Shown one piece after another: positions 16,216 to 24,630 of a DNA stretch of 24,630 nt (within the stretch, counting starts at the first letter, position 1; each line of letters starts with the position of its first letter). A model generated the notes under the pieces. It ran no database searches. It had not been told where the DNA came from and saw nothing but the letters and a program-made list of their open reading frames with translations. The translations under genes were made by a program, and so were the position numbers. This DNA is from Calditrichaceae bacterium (GTDB lineage: Bacteria > Calditrichota > Calditrichia > Calditrichales > JBFXGD01), in the NCBI GenBank assembly GCA_050178385.1, contig JBFXGD010000038.1, positions 1 through 24,630 on the forward strand, read 5' to 3'.

Positions 16216-17379
16216 CTAATCCGTGGACCCGGGCGTTGGTCTCAGCTGCACCCGAAAATCAAGACTGCTGTTATTATTATCCATTAAAATATTTTGCCCG
16301 TCGATTACTTTAAAAACTTTTCTGGCAATCGATTTACCCTGGTACATTTGCATGCCACCGGTCAGACCCGCGTCGATGTCATCCGACAGGCGTTTAAACT
16401 CGTAGTTGGTGAGATCTTCCTTATATTCGACCCCATCAACAATTTTGGCTTTAGGGACAAGAATGTGTCCCTTCTCGTCATAGGTCAGCACGTCATCAGG
16501 CTCCAGTTTCGCGAGAACAATAGCATCGTTTTTAACCGAATAGAGGAAATCAATGCCAAATTCATGATGCACCTGAATCATATTTATAACAAAAGGATTG
16601 TCAACGTCATTAGACAGACGGTTATAGTATTCAAAATCTACATTTGACAGATCCAGGCTATTCTCATTGTATTCAAGATGGTTTATGGCGTCCTGGGCGA
16701 TCAGTTTAATCTGTCCCGGCTCAACCGGATAATCAGTTCCGTTGCCCGGGAATTTATACAAGTGATCAAAATGCACGAATTCCGGATCATCACGGTAGCC
16801 GTAAACGGAATTACCGATTACATAATTGTCAAGATACTCCACCACGGCAGAGTTATTATAGATCTCAGTGAACTGGTCGTGAAAATAATATCCGGGTGGT
16901 GGCAGAGCTCCGTTATAATATATTTCACTGAGAATCAGAGAAACTCTTGGAACCGGTTTCAGAATTAATGATACGGTGTCGCCGCTTCCTTGTAGTTTCT
17001 GCGAAGCCATGCTGCCAACTAAAGATATTTCCTGAGTAAAACCCAGATATACATTTACCGTATCTTCCGGGTATGTCATCTGGACGCTGATATTATAATA
17101 ATCGGGAACCATCCCATCTATCACGGCAATACCCCGGCCGTCTGTCCACGCCTGATAGGAAACGTTGTAGTTAACCGAAAAAAGCTGCACATTCGCCCCG
17201 ATTACTTTTATATCCTGAGTGATACCTTTAGTCACATAAGAGGTATCAGACACTGAAACCTGTACCGCAAACTGCGCGGTTTCAGTATGGGTAATACTCT
17301 CCTGGCATGTATTCAGGGAGATTATCAGGCCAAATATCAGCAGACCTTTTACTGTTCGATTTTTTAAATAAAAATTCAT
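16216..17379 (-). CDS. DUF4876-like outer-membrane lipoprotein (Ig-like stalk + lamin-tail-like domain), copy 2
   Basis: Lipobox-like IISLNT-C. Motifs LILSEIYYNG, YFHDQFTEIYNN, FPGNGTDYPVEPG, AQDAINH, DNNNSSLDF and PTPG. Confidence 0.82.
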   Translation of the reverse strand: MNFYLKNRTVKGLLIFGLIISLNTCQESITHTETAQFAVQVSVSDTSYVTKGITQDIKVIGANVQLFSVNYNVSYQAWTDGRGIAVIDGMVPDYYNISVQMTYPEDTVNVYLGFTQEISLVGSMASQKLQGSGDTVSLILKPVPRVSLILSEIYYNGALPPPGYYFHDQFTEIYNNSAVVEYLDNYVIGNSVYGYRDDPEFVHFDHLYKFPGNGTDYPVEPGQIKLIAQDAINHLEYNENSLDLSNVDFEYYNRLSNDVDNPFVINMIQVHHEFGIDFLYSVKNDAIVLAKLEPDDVLTYDEKGHILVPKAKIVDGVEYKEDLTNYEFKRLSDDIDAGLTGGMQMYQGKSIARKVFKVIDGQNILMDNNNSSLDFRVQLRPTPGSTD

Positions 17380-17388
17380 ATTTTTTAC

Positions 17389-20145
17389 CTAATATCTTTT
17401 TATATAATCAATAAAATCATCCACTACCGCACTCAACTCTACCCCGTAAAAAATCTCGGGATTTCTTCGTATATAGGATAGGGAACCGCTAGGAACTCTG
17501 TCACGCTTGTATAAAGGCTGAGAATTAAACAGGTTATTTACAAAAAACGATAATTCAGAACCCGGCCATAATTCTTTACTCACCCTCAAATTTACCAGCC
17601 AAAGATTCGGCTTACTTTCCGTGATAAAATAATAATCAGCATAGGTGCGTCGGATCGATTCATATTCCGGATTACCCATATCCTCCTCAGGAATCATGTA
17701 GATCGTACCGTCGCTCTTAACAAACCCCGCGGCAAGTGAATCTTCCAGACCGATATATTTATCTTTCTCCACCGCTACTTGCTCCACTGCAAGCGTAAAC
17801 CATAATTTGAGAGGTTTCACAACGGTATCGAACCGGTAATGTATGATTAATTCTTCTGCCTGCTTGCTTACGGGCTTCCAAAATGGAATTATTTTCTCTC
17901 CCAGGTTTTGGTCAAATCTCTGAGTTGTTGAATAATCATAATAATTATCCTGCCACCAGCTGTTTGTTGAATGAAAAGCGGCATCGATTCGCATGGTTGT
18001 GTTGATATATGGTATTTTTTTACTGGTCACTGCCAGTTCCAGGCCCCGTGTGATCGATTCAACGGAGTTGATCGGCGTTCTGTAATCCAAAATGAGAGTA
18101 TCCCTTGCAACCGCCTCATCCGTGTCAGGCCAGTTTGGATACGAATATTTTTCAAACATGATCGGATTGTACCCGGAGAGTTCAAATCCGTCGTGCATAC
18201 GCTCATAGAATCCGGTTAAGGACAGACCGAAAAAACCAATTCTCTGATCAACGCTCATTTCATATTTGCTGTGCGTAAATGCTTTTAAATTTTCATTTGT
18301 GCGATCCTGAATATATGTGCTGACCACCGCGAGGCGATTCTGCTCATTGGTCGGGTCGAAATACATGGAATCAACTATATCAAAGTAGACAGGATTTGGA
18401 TACAACATACTGATGGGGGGCGCTTTGGCCGTTTTACCATAGCCCAGACGGAATTGGGTGTTTCCAGTAAGATAATAAACAAAATTGATCCTGGGATTCA
18501 GATACGATCCATGATCCGATTTTACGACTTCACCGGAGCCATCCAGATTGATCCCGTTCAATCCGAAAATATCATAACGTAACCCAAACTGGAGAGAAAA
18601 ATCCTTAAACAGATGTCCGGTTATCTCATCCTCGCCATAGAGGGCAATCTGAGTCAAACCGGGGACATCGTCATAGCTTCGCGGCCGGTCACCTTCATTA
18701 TCCGTCAGTCCCGGAGGATAAAGAGGATCAAATTCTCTGCCGGGGCCGTTGTTGAATTCATACCTTACCGTAAATCCGGCCTGCCACTGATGGAGTGTAT
18801 TTAGCAGAAAGTTTTGATTTTCATATTCCAGCTGACCGTAGGTATTCCATTCCCGGCCATTAACATTAAGTCTGGTTGTGTAGGAGCTTACAAAATACCC
18901 TTCTTCCGTTCCGGGTTCCATTCTGGTGCCGATAACACCGATATCCCTGCTGATAATGCTTTTGTAGTACGAATCCTGCCGATTCATACTTCCCGAGAAA
19001 ATCGCTTTCAAGTTCTTCTTTTTTGACCAGTTGTATTGCAGTTTGGACAAATAGCGCGTGGAATAGCTGCGGTTGTAGCGTTCTGTCTGATTTATATCAC
19101 CGTCACGCAGTTCCTGTTCATCAAAAGAACGTGTATAGTATAGACGATTCGTCCAGGCCAGTTTTTCGTCATAGAAGGTGGATTCAAAATTCAACTGTCC
19201 CGCCAATCTGCTGTAGGCATCACCATCAACCCTTATATCTCTCAGGCTTTTTGCATAATTGACATTAAAATTCATCGCGTGATTATTTCTGGCTAACCCC
19301 CCGCTCAGATTTAGTTCTTTGTTTCTCGGATTTGACTTGTATTTCGCGCGGTAAGGGGTGTAGCCGCTTTTGGTCTTTACCAGAACGGCGCCTGATGTAA
19401 GATCACCGTATCTTGCGGGCGGTATTCCGCGAAGAACTTCAATTGAACTGATATTCTCGGCTGGAATCTGACGCAGATCGATTCCAGCGTTTGTAGTAAT
19501 TCTGTAGGTGGCGCCGTCATTTAATCGGGTATCGAGCTGCATATTGGCGTTGTTGGAAATGGGGACTTCGTCCATCAAAATCTGCGTGCCTAAAGACGCA
19601 TTCCTGTCCGCTTCATCGACCGTGCTGATCTGTCTTAGTTCAAGCTGCTTAACATTTTCCAGACCCGGATTCGAAAACCTTTGACCCGGAATCAGTTCCA
19701 TCACATCGCCAAGGCTTGAAGCCTGAATATGTTCAATTTCTCCTGAAGAGATCTGTGTGGTGGTTGCCACCTTGTCGGGAAGAAGTTCTCTCTCGGCTGT
19801 CACCTCTATTCCGCCGATATAAAAATTTTCCCCTTCTTTTGCGGTTCTTTCGAGAAATATCTGGTCAGTCCATTTTTTACCGGGTTCTATGGTGACATTT
19901 AGCAAAACGGTGCGGCCATATCCGGTTGAAAGAAAAGAAATGCTGTAGGTACCGGGCGGAACACTATCGAAACGGTACAATCCAATTGAGTCGGTTTTGG
20001 AAGTGATATCCAATTCGGTAATTTTAACCAGGACTCCGGGAATACCCAATCCGGTTTGTACATTCAGTACAAGCCCCTCTATCCGCCCTGTGTTTTGGGC
20101 AAATGAAAATGTGATTAAAAACAGACTTAGTATAATTCCCTTCAA
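17389..20145 (-). CDS. TonB-dependent receptor with an N-terminal carboxypeptidase-regulatory-like extension (copy 2)
   Basis: 918 aa, TTG start, signal peptide. N-terminal domain GRIEGLV…PGTYSISF; TonB-box-like IEVTA; plug GIDLRQIPAENISSIEVLRGIPPARYGDLTSGAVLVKTK; barrel end FVNNLFN…PEIFYGVEL. Confidence 0.93.
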   Translation of the reverse strand: MKGIILSLFLITFSFAQNTGRIEGLVLNVQTGLGIPGVLVKITELDITSKTDSIGLYRFDSVPPGTYSISFLSTGYGRTVLLNVTIEPGKKWTDQIFLERTAKEGENFYIGGIEVTAERELLPDKVATTTQISSGEIEHIQASSLGDVMELIPGQRFSNPGLENVKQLELRQISTVDEADRNASLGTQILMDEVPISNNANMQLDTRLNDGATYRITTNAGIDLRQIPAENISSIEVLRGIPPARYGDLTSGAVLVKTKSGYTPYRAKYKSNPRNKELNLSGGLARNNHAMNFNVNYAKSLRDIRVDGDAYSRLAGQLNFESTFYDEKLAWTNRLYYTRSFDEQELRDGDINQTERYNRSYSTRYLSKLQYNWSKKKNLKAIFSGSMNRQDSYYKSIISRDIGVIGTRMEPGTEEGYFVSSYTTRLNVNGREWNTYGQLEYENQNFLLNTLHQWQAGFTVRYEFNNGPGREFDPLYPPGLTDNEGDRPRSYDDVPGLTQIALYGEDEITGHLFKDFSLQFGLRYDIFGLNGINLDGSGEVVKSDHGSYLNPRINFVYYLTGNTQFRLGYGKTAKAPPISMLYPNPVYFDIVDSMYFDPTNEQNRLAVVSTYIQDRTNENLKAFTHSKYEMSVDQRIGFFGLSLTGFYERMHDGFELSGYNPIMFEKYSYPNWPDTDEAVARDTLILDYRTPINSVESITRGLELAVTSKKIPYINTTMRIDAAFHSTNSWWQDNYYDYSTTQRFDQNLGEKIIPFWKPVSKQAEELIIHYRFDTVVKPLKLWFTLAVEQVAVEKDKYIGLEDSLAAGFVKSDGTIYMIPEEDMGNPEYESIRRTYADYYFITESKPNLWLVNLRVSKELWPGSELSFFVNNLFNSQPLYKRDRVPSGSLSYIRRNPEIFYGVELSAVVDDFIDYIKRY

Positions 20146-20183
20146 AATTTATCCCGCCCTGTACATGTTAATACACTTTTATA

Positions 20184-21653
20184 TCAAAAATATTGTTTTA
20201 GCTGAACAATTAAATCCATCGACTGCCGCTTGTTACCGGTGTTTACCCCGGAAACAGTACCTTTGAGATCGCTGTAGCGGCCGTAAACTTCCAATTCATA
20301 ATTTTTTAATAACCAGTCTACCCCACCTGTGTATTTAGATCCGCTGAAATCACCATAGTAATTCCATATCTTATCTTCGTTATAGCCTTTGTAGATATAT
20401 CCCGCCTGAAGTTTCCATGAATTCCCGACCCGATACTCAATCCCCGTATGTATTTCCAGATTAGCGATGTCCCCCTGTCTGTAAAGATGCGCCAGATAGT
20501 CTTTTTTATCAGGGGCGCTGGACTGATAATGAATTTCAACAGCCCCTTCCAGTGGAATATCAGAGAATCGGTGGGAAACACCGAGGACACTTCGATGCTG
20601 CCTGTTAAATGAGCGGTAAAACAATAAATCGGCGGCTGCTTCCTTTGCCCAGTCTTCGGTATATTCAAATTCATAGCTAAACGCGAGTGATGTCTGATTC
20701 AGCCGTCCTAAATGTTTCCGAAACGCCATATTCACTGAATATTTCTGGGCCTGATAATATCCGTCATACAAACGTTTTGTTGGATTATCGTATAATTCAT
20801 GCCATTGGTAGTTGTACTCGGCATAAAAAACGCCTTCAAATTTTTCTCCCTTGATGGCCAGCTGAGGTCTTATCTCATACCCCTTATAAATGGCGGTGCG
20901 GTCCTGCGTGCCCGTACTCTTGCGAAACTCGAATTCTCCCCTGTATCTGAACGTCTGCGGATACTGGCCGTCAGATTGGGTCACCAGTTTCGTAATATCC
21001 TGATAATGGTAAGGCAGCACGGAAATTCCGAGAACAATGTTTTCTGAAAATGAATGTACTAGATCAACACTCGCGGTTATTTGGCGGCTTATAATCTCCG
21101 TTTCCGTATAAATATCTTTTAAACCCCGATTAATATTGTAGTTAAAGGATGTACCCCAATACCAGCCTGATGACAATTTATGACTGAATATTACCGTTAC
21201 CTCGGGTCCGAGATATTCAAAATCACCCGAGGTTGAATCCGCCAGGACAAACGGATCGCCGGTATATGGATTTTTCTCGATAGCTCTGTTGACATCCTCA
21301 CGATAATCATAGTTATATTTGATTTCACCAAAAAAGGCCTGATTATCGCCAATGTGCTTAAACCCGCTGAATGAAAGGTAATGAAGATGATTCTCCCTGG
21401 CGTCCCAGTACCTTTTCAGGTCCCCCCAGTCATTATTTGTGAATGTAGTGTACTTCATCCAGTTTAGAGAATCATTGTTTATCAGCCATGCGGAATTTCC
21501 CGCCGCCTGAAACAGATTAATCTGATTGTCCGTATCCGGAACCGAGAGGGATATCCCCCCCATCGCCAATAAGCGATTACTGCCTGCAGTTGAGCTGGAT
21601 ATTCCCCAGCAAAGGAATATGATCTGAATGATTATGAAAAATTTTCTGCTCAT
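20184..21653 (-). CDS. DUF6850-like outer-membrane beta-barrel protein (copy 1)
   Basis: 489 aa with a signal peptide. It has an N-terminal RLLAMGG (FadL/PorV-like start), GNSAWL, DPFVLADSTSGDF, and C-terminal beta-signal IVQLKQYF. The start overlaps the upstream stop (ATGA). Confidence 0.78.
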   Translation of the reverse strand: MSRKFFIIIQIIFLCWGISSSTAGSNRLLAMGGISLSVPDTDNQINLFQAAGNSAWLINNDSLNWMKYTTFTNNDWGDLKRYWDARENHLHYLSFSGFKHIGDNQAFFGEIKYNYDYREDVNRAIEKNPYTGDPFVLADSTSGDFEYLGPEVTVIFSHKLSSGWYWGTSFNYNINRGLKDIYTETEIISRQITASVDLVHSFSENIVLGISVLPYHYQDITKLVTQSDGQYPQTFRYRGEFEFRKSTGTQDRTAIYKGYEIRPQLAIKGEKFEGVFYAEYNYQWHELYDNPTKRLYDGYYQAQKYSVNMAFRKHLGRLNQTSLAFSYEFEYTEDWAKEAAADLLFYRSFNRQHRSVLGVSHRFSDIPLEGAVEIHYQSSAPDKKDYLAHLYRQGDIANLEIHTGIEYRVGNSWKLQAGYIYKGYNEDKIWNYYGDFSGSKYTGGVDWLLKNYELEVYGRYSDLKGTVSGVNTGNKRQSMDLIVQLKQYF

Positions 21654-22786
21654 TCGTGTTGATACCCCGGTGTTGGTGTATTATTGAGAACAAAATCAAG
21701 TGTACTGTTGTTTGTATCAAATCCCGGCAATCTTCGTTCAGTTGATTTTCCACTGTATTTTAATGTTCCGATTCCGGCGAATCCCGCGTCAAGACGGGTT
21801 GTCACTTCTTTGGTTGATTCATCGCTGGAACTGTATTCCACCGCATCAATAACAGTGGAGATGGGGATGTGAATGTACTGTTTGTCACTATTTTCATAGC
21901 TGTCCCCATAATACCAGTCCGATCCGTCCGTGAGAATTACGGCATTGTGGCTTACATTAATCATAAAATCGGAGGTTCTGTCAGGCAGAATGTTATTGAT
22001 GTTTGGGGCGGGATTATTGATATCCGCGCCATACGGATCAAAAAACTCCCAATCCGCGCCGCTTAAATCCACGGCATTTGTGATATATTTTGAATGATCG
22101 AGCGCATCCTGAGCCAGAACGACAAACTGCCCCGGAATAACCGGATATTCTCTCCCTGTCAATGGTTCCCCCGGGAACTGAAACAGGTAGACGCCCTGGA
22201 CGAAATCGATAGTCTCCATCTCCGGGTGCTCTGCCTGACGCGCGCGGCAAACAATCATCCCGTCAAGATAAACCGTATCCTGAGAAGTATTGTACAACTC
22301 CACATACTGATCATAAAAATAGAAAGCGTTATTTACAGGCCCACAGTAGTAGATCTCATTAATAACCAGTTTGGAAGCGACAGAAAGTATGGTCTTAAGC
22401 GTATCCGGGGTTGAATTTGATGCATATAATTCCACCAATTTATTTCCGCGCAGCATGATACCTGTGTTATTCAGGAAATATTCTTTTTCAACAGACATTG
22501 TATATTTTGAAGCGGCAAGTCCGTCAAATACGGCCAGGCCGCTGCTGTCCGAATAAGCGGTATATTTTTTGGCGGCTGATGTTGTCTCATAATAACTTCC
22601 GGAGATCAATGTGATTTCGGCGTTGGGAACCGGCGCGTAACCAAGCGATGAATTATAAGGCACAATATCTGACTGATCCACAACAATGGTTTTTAAAACC
22701 AGATGACCGTCCTTCTCCGTCGGCATTTGTTCTGTACAGCAAATGCATAGCAACAACACGGATAAAATGGCAAAATAATTTTTCAT
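21650..22786 (-). CDS. DUF4876-like outer-membrane lipoprotein (copy 1)
   Basis: The probable start is the ATG at 22786 (MKNYFAILSVLLLCIC-C lipoprotein signal), not 22999. Motifs LVINEIYYCG, FYDQYVELYN, FPGEP…YPVIPG, AQDALDH, DTNNSTLDF and PTPG. Confidence 0.82.
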   Translation of the reverse strand: MKNYFAILSVLLLCICCTEQMPTEKDGHLVLKTIVVDQSDIVPYNSSLGYAPVPNAEITLISGSYYETTSAAKKYTAYSDSSGLAVFDGLAASKYTMSVEKEYFLNNTGIMLRGNKLVELYASNSTPDTLKTILSVASKLVINEIYYCGPVNNAFYFYDQYVELYNTSQDTVYLDGMIVCRARQAEHPEMETIDFVQGVYLFQFPGEPLTGREYPVIPGQFVVLAQDALDHSKYITNAVDLSGADWEFFDPYGADINNPAPNINNILPDRTSDFMINVSHNAVILTDGSDWYYGDSYENSDKQYIHIPISTVIDAVEYSSSDESTKEVTTRLDAGFAGIGTLKYSGKSTERRLPGFDTNNSTLDFVLNNTPTPGYQHE

Positions 22787-22811
22787 TCTTATTAACCCTG
22801 TCATATGAATA

Positions 22812-24630
22812 TTAAAACAGATCATCAAGCTTTGTGCTGAATGCGATCCCCCAGAATATTTCCGGATTTCTCGTCTGGTAATATCCCTGGCGATCCTTGT
22901 AATATCCCTTATCATCAAATATATTCTCCACGAAGAGCGAAATTTCCGCGCCTTTGTATAGGGACTTGCTTGCCACGATACTAAAAATCCATTTATCATT
23001 CGGTCTGCTGTCCGTACTTATATCCAGCGGATCGTAAGTTCTGTCAAGCCCCATCATCTCTGAAGTTGCCGCGTCAATTTCATGCAGGTCACCGTTGGAA
23101 TAATATCCCTGGGCAGCGGACACCGGATCATCTTTTCTTAAATTTTTGTCCCACAATACCTGTTGAGCTTTAAAGGTAAGCCAGATTCCAAGAGGCTTGG
23201 CGATGTAGTCAATATTATAATTGATCACCATTTTCTGCCGCCAGGATGTATAGGGTTTATAATATGGAATAAACTGCATGTCTTCCGGCACAACCCACCC
23301 GGAACTAAGCGTGTCACCACCGGTTAAATAACGCACACTTCCGAATTGTGTATAATCTTTGCTGCCGTATTTTGCGAAATTAAAAGCGGCATTCACATGA
23401 AAACGCATATTGAGCGACTTAATACGGTGCGTTCTCAAACTGAATTCGATGCCGGATGACTCTGTCCAGCCAAGATTATAAGCAAGTTCATATTTTGAAT
23501 CGGTAGTTGTAATGGTCTCATTGACTATTTTACCATCCGGATCAGGCCAGTTGGGCCATTCATAGCGGTAATAGGTAAAAGGTACATAGACGTTTCTCGG
23601 TATGTCCGTTGTCTTTTCGCTATATGTCACAAGGCTCAATCCCACATCTCCAATCTGCTGGTCTACACCCAATTCAAACTTCGTATTTTGATACCCTTTA
23701 AGATTCAGATTACTTTTATCATACAGATAGGTGGAAATCAATGTAATGGTGGTATCTTGCCCGCTTGGATGGGTGGTGGTAGTAAAATCCTGGACATCGA
23801 GATAATAATTTTCAGGATAAATTGAAGACAAGGATGGAATCTTTGAAGATTTACTAAAAGTAAATCGCATCTGGGTTCTTTTGGCCAGTTTGATTTTTAA
23901 GCCCATCCGGGGATTAAAAAAACTTCCCTGATCGGCTTTAAAAATGTCTTTATTCTTAAACAGATTGGAAAAATTGATGCCGGTGGGATTGTAGCTGTCA
24001 ATTCTCAGACCAAAATTTAATGTGTATGGTAATATAAAATCACCGGTGATTCTGTCGTCTGCAAACAAAGCGAACTGTGATGTACCCGGAGTATCGCTAA
24101 AGGAACGCGGGCGCGTTGTCAGAAACCCGTTAGGCGGTTTTAACAGATCAAAGGTTTTTCCCTGACCGGTATTATCATCCGTTTGAAACTCGGCGCCAAT
24201 TAAAAAGCGATGAAGAATTTCACCCGTAAAAAATTTCCTGTTCAATTTTATTTTTGACCCATAACTCCATTCATTTCCTCGTGTAAGAACTTCCGAAAAA
24301 TACGAGGCTTCTTCCGGTATTATACCCTCCTGCGTTCCCGGTGTCTCCCGGTCTGTCCAAACAACCACATCGGGAGTCTCTAATTTACGTTTCCAGCTGT
24401 TCCGACGCTTGAAATCAACATAATTACGGATATACAGATGCGTGACATCATTCCAATCATAGTTAAACTGGTTCGAATAGGTTATGTGATGATCTCTGTT
24501 ATAGGCACGGGTGGCATAGGGATCACTCTCATCATTATCTTCTTCTATTTTCCGGGAATATTTCAAAGAGTGCGCCAGATTTAATTTCCCGTTCAGGAAA
24601 TCGTTATTTGAATTAAGAGAACCGGTGATG
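22812..24630 (-). CDS. TonB-dependent receptor (copy 1), 5' part outside the window
   Basis: The frame stays open from 24566 to the window edge (…ITGSLNSNNDFLNGKLNLAHSLKYSRK). Barrel motifs are shared with 17389-20145: RPRSFSDTPG, NFGLRID, NPR, WPNWPD, FVENIFD, RNPEIFWG. Confidence 0.9.
   Translation of the reverse strand, partial: ITGSLNSNNDFLNGKLNLAHSLKYSRKIEEDNDESDPYATRAYNRDHHITYSNQFNYDWNDVTHLYIRNYVDFKRRNSWKRKLETPDVVVWTDRETPGTQEGIIPEEASYFSEVLTRGNEWSYGSKIKLNRKFFTGEILHRFLIGAEFQTDDNTGQGKTFDLLKPPNGFLTTRPRSFSDTPGTSQFALFADDRITGDFILPYTLNFGLRIDSYNPTGINFSNLFKNKDIFKADQGSFFNPRMGLKIKLAKRTQMRFTFSKSSKIPSLSSIYPENYYLDVQDFTTTTHPSGQDTTITLISTYLYDKSNLNLKGYQNTKFELGVDQQIGDVGLSLVTYSEKTTDIPRNVYVPFTYYRYEWPNWPDPDGKIVNETITTTDSKYELAYNLGWTESSGIEFSLRTHRIKSLNMRFHVNAAFNFAKYGSKDYTQFGSVRYLTGGDTLSSGWVVPEDMQFIPYYKPYTSWRQKMVINYNIDYIAKPLGIWLTFKAQQVLWDKNLRKDDPVSAAQGYYSNGDLHEIDAATSEMMGLDRTYDPLDISTDSRPNDKWIFSIVASKSLYKGAEISLFVENIFDDKGYYKDRQGYYQTRNPEIFWGIAFSTKLDDLF

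Noticed and set aside
20146..20166. In-frame ATG (MYRAG-stop) just upstream of the receptor TTG start, suggesting a nonsense mutation or readthrough
   Set aside because: The TTG start already yields a normal signal peptide with a purine-rich RBS-like stretch upstream, so there is no need to invoke a pseudogene.
204..22556. Numerous short plus-strand and alternative-frame ORFs in the ORF track (e.g. 204-623, 8475-8729, 13914-14222, 16294-16647, 20318-20674)
   Set aside because: All lie within or opposite long, motif-supported minus-strand genes. They have no recognisable motifs and are the expected shadow ORFs.
22787..22999. N-terminal 71-aa extension of the 449-aa ORF
   Set aside because: It overlaps the 3' end of the TonB receptor in another frame. 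The lipoprotein signal peptide begins at the ATG at 22786.
14684..24630. Classical SusC/SusD polysaccharide utilisation locus
   Set aside because: The lipoproteins lack SusD/TPR features, the receptors lack SusC-specific motifs, and no confidently identifiable CAZyme is present.

Overview
This is a bacterial window of roughly 40% GC (visual estimate) in which every credible gene lies on the minus strand. Read right to left, a compact ~22.3 kb operon-like block (2361 to >24630) encodes two tandem, diverged triads of [TonB-dependent receptor + DUF4876-like lipoprotein + DUF6850-like outer-membrane beta-barrel]. These are followed by a secreted Asp-box/YCF48-like double beta-propeller with a T9SS/FlgD-Ig-like C-terminal sorting domain, a signal-peptide-bearing C25 (gingipain/clan CD)-like protease fused to HEAT repeats, a fused M16 zinc peptidase, an exporter-class ABC ATPase with non-canonical motifs, two membrane subunits (ABC-2-like and DUF4857-like), and a NapH/NosR/YccM-like membrane 2x[4Fe-4S] protein with three HMA-like domains. 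A terminator-like hairpin closes the block. My best reading, which is inference, is a trans-envelope machine that captures and imports a (metallo)protein or peptide, proteolyses it in the periplasm and reductively recovers its metal. A separate ArsR + DUF318/ArsP-like permease unit follows, with a clear sigma70 promoter and a palindromic operator, and then a 115-bp-period tandem duplication of a palindromic element. The Bacteroidota-like envelope genes combined with strong Shine-Dalgarno sites and the 'NYPNPFNP' tail suggest a non-Bacteroidia FCB-group host such as Calditrichota or KSB1 (inference). Family names come from motif recognition, not from database searches.
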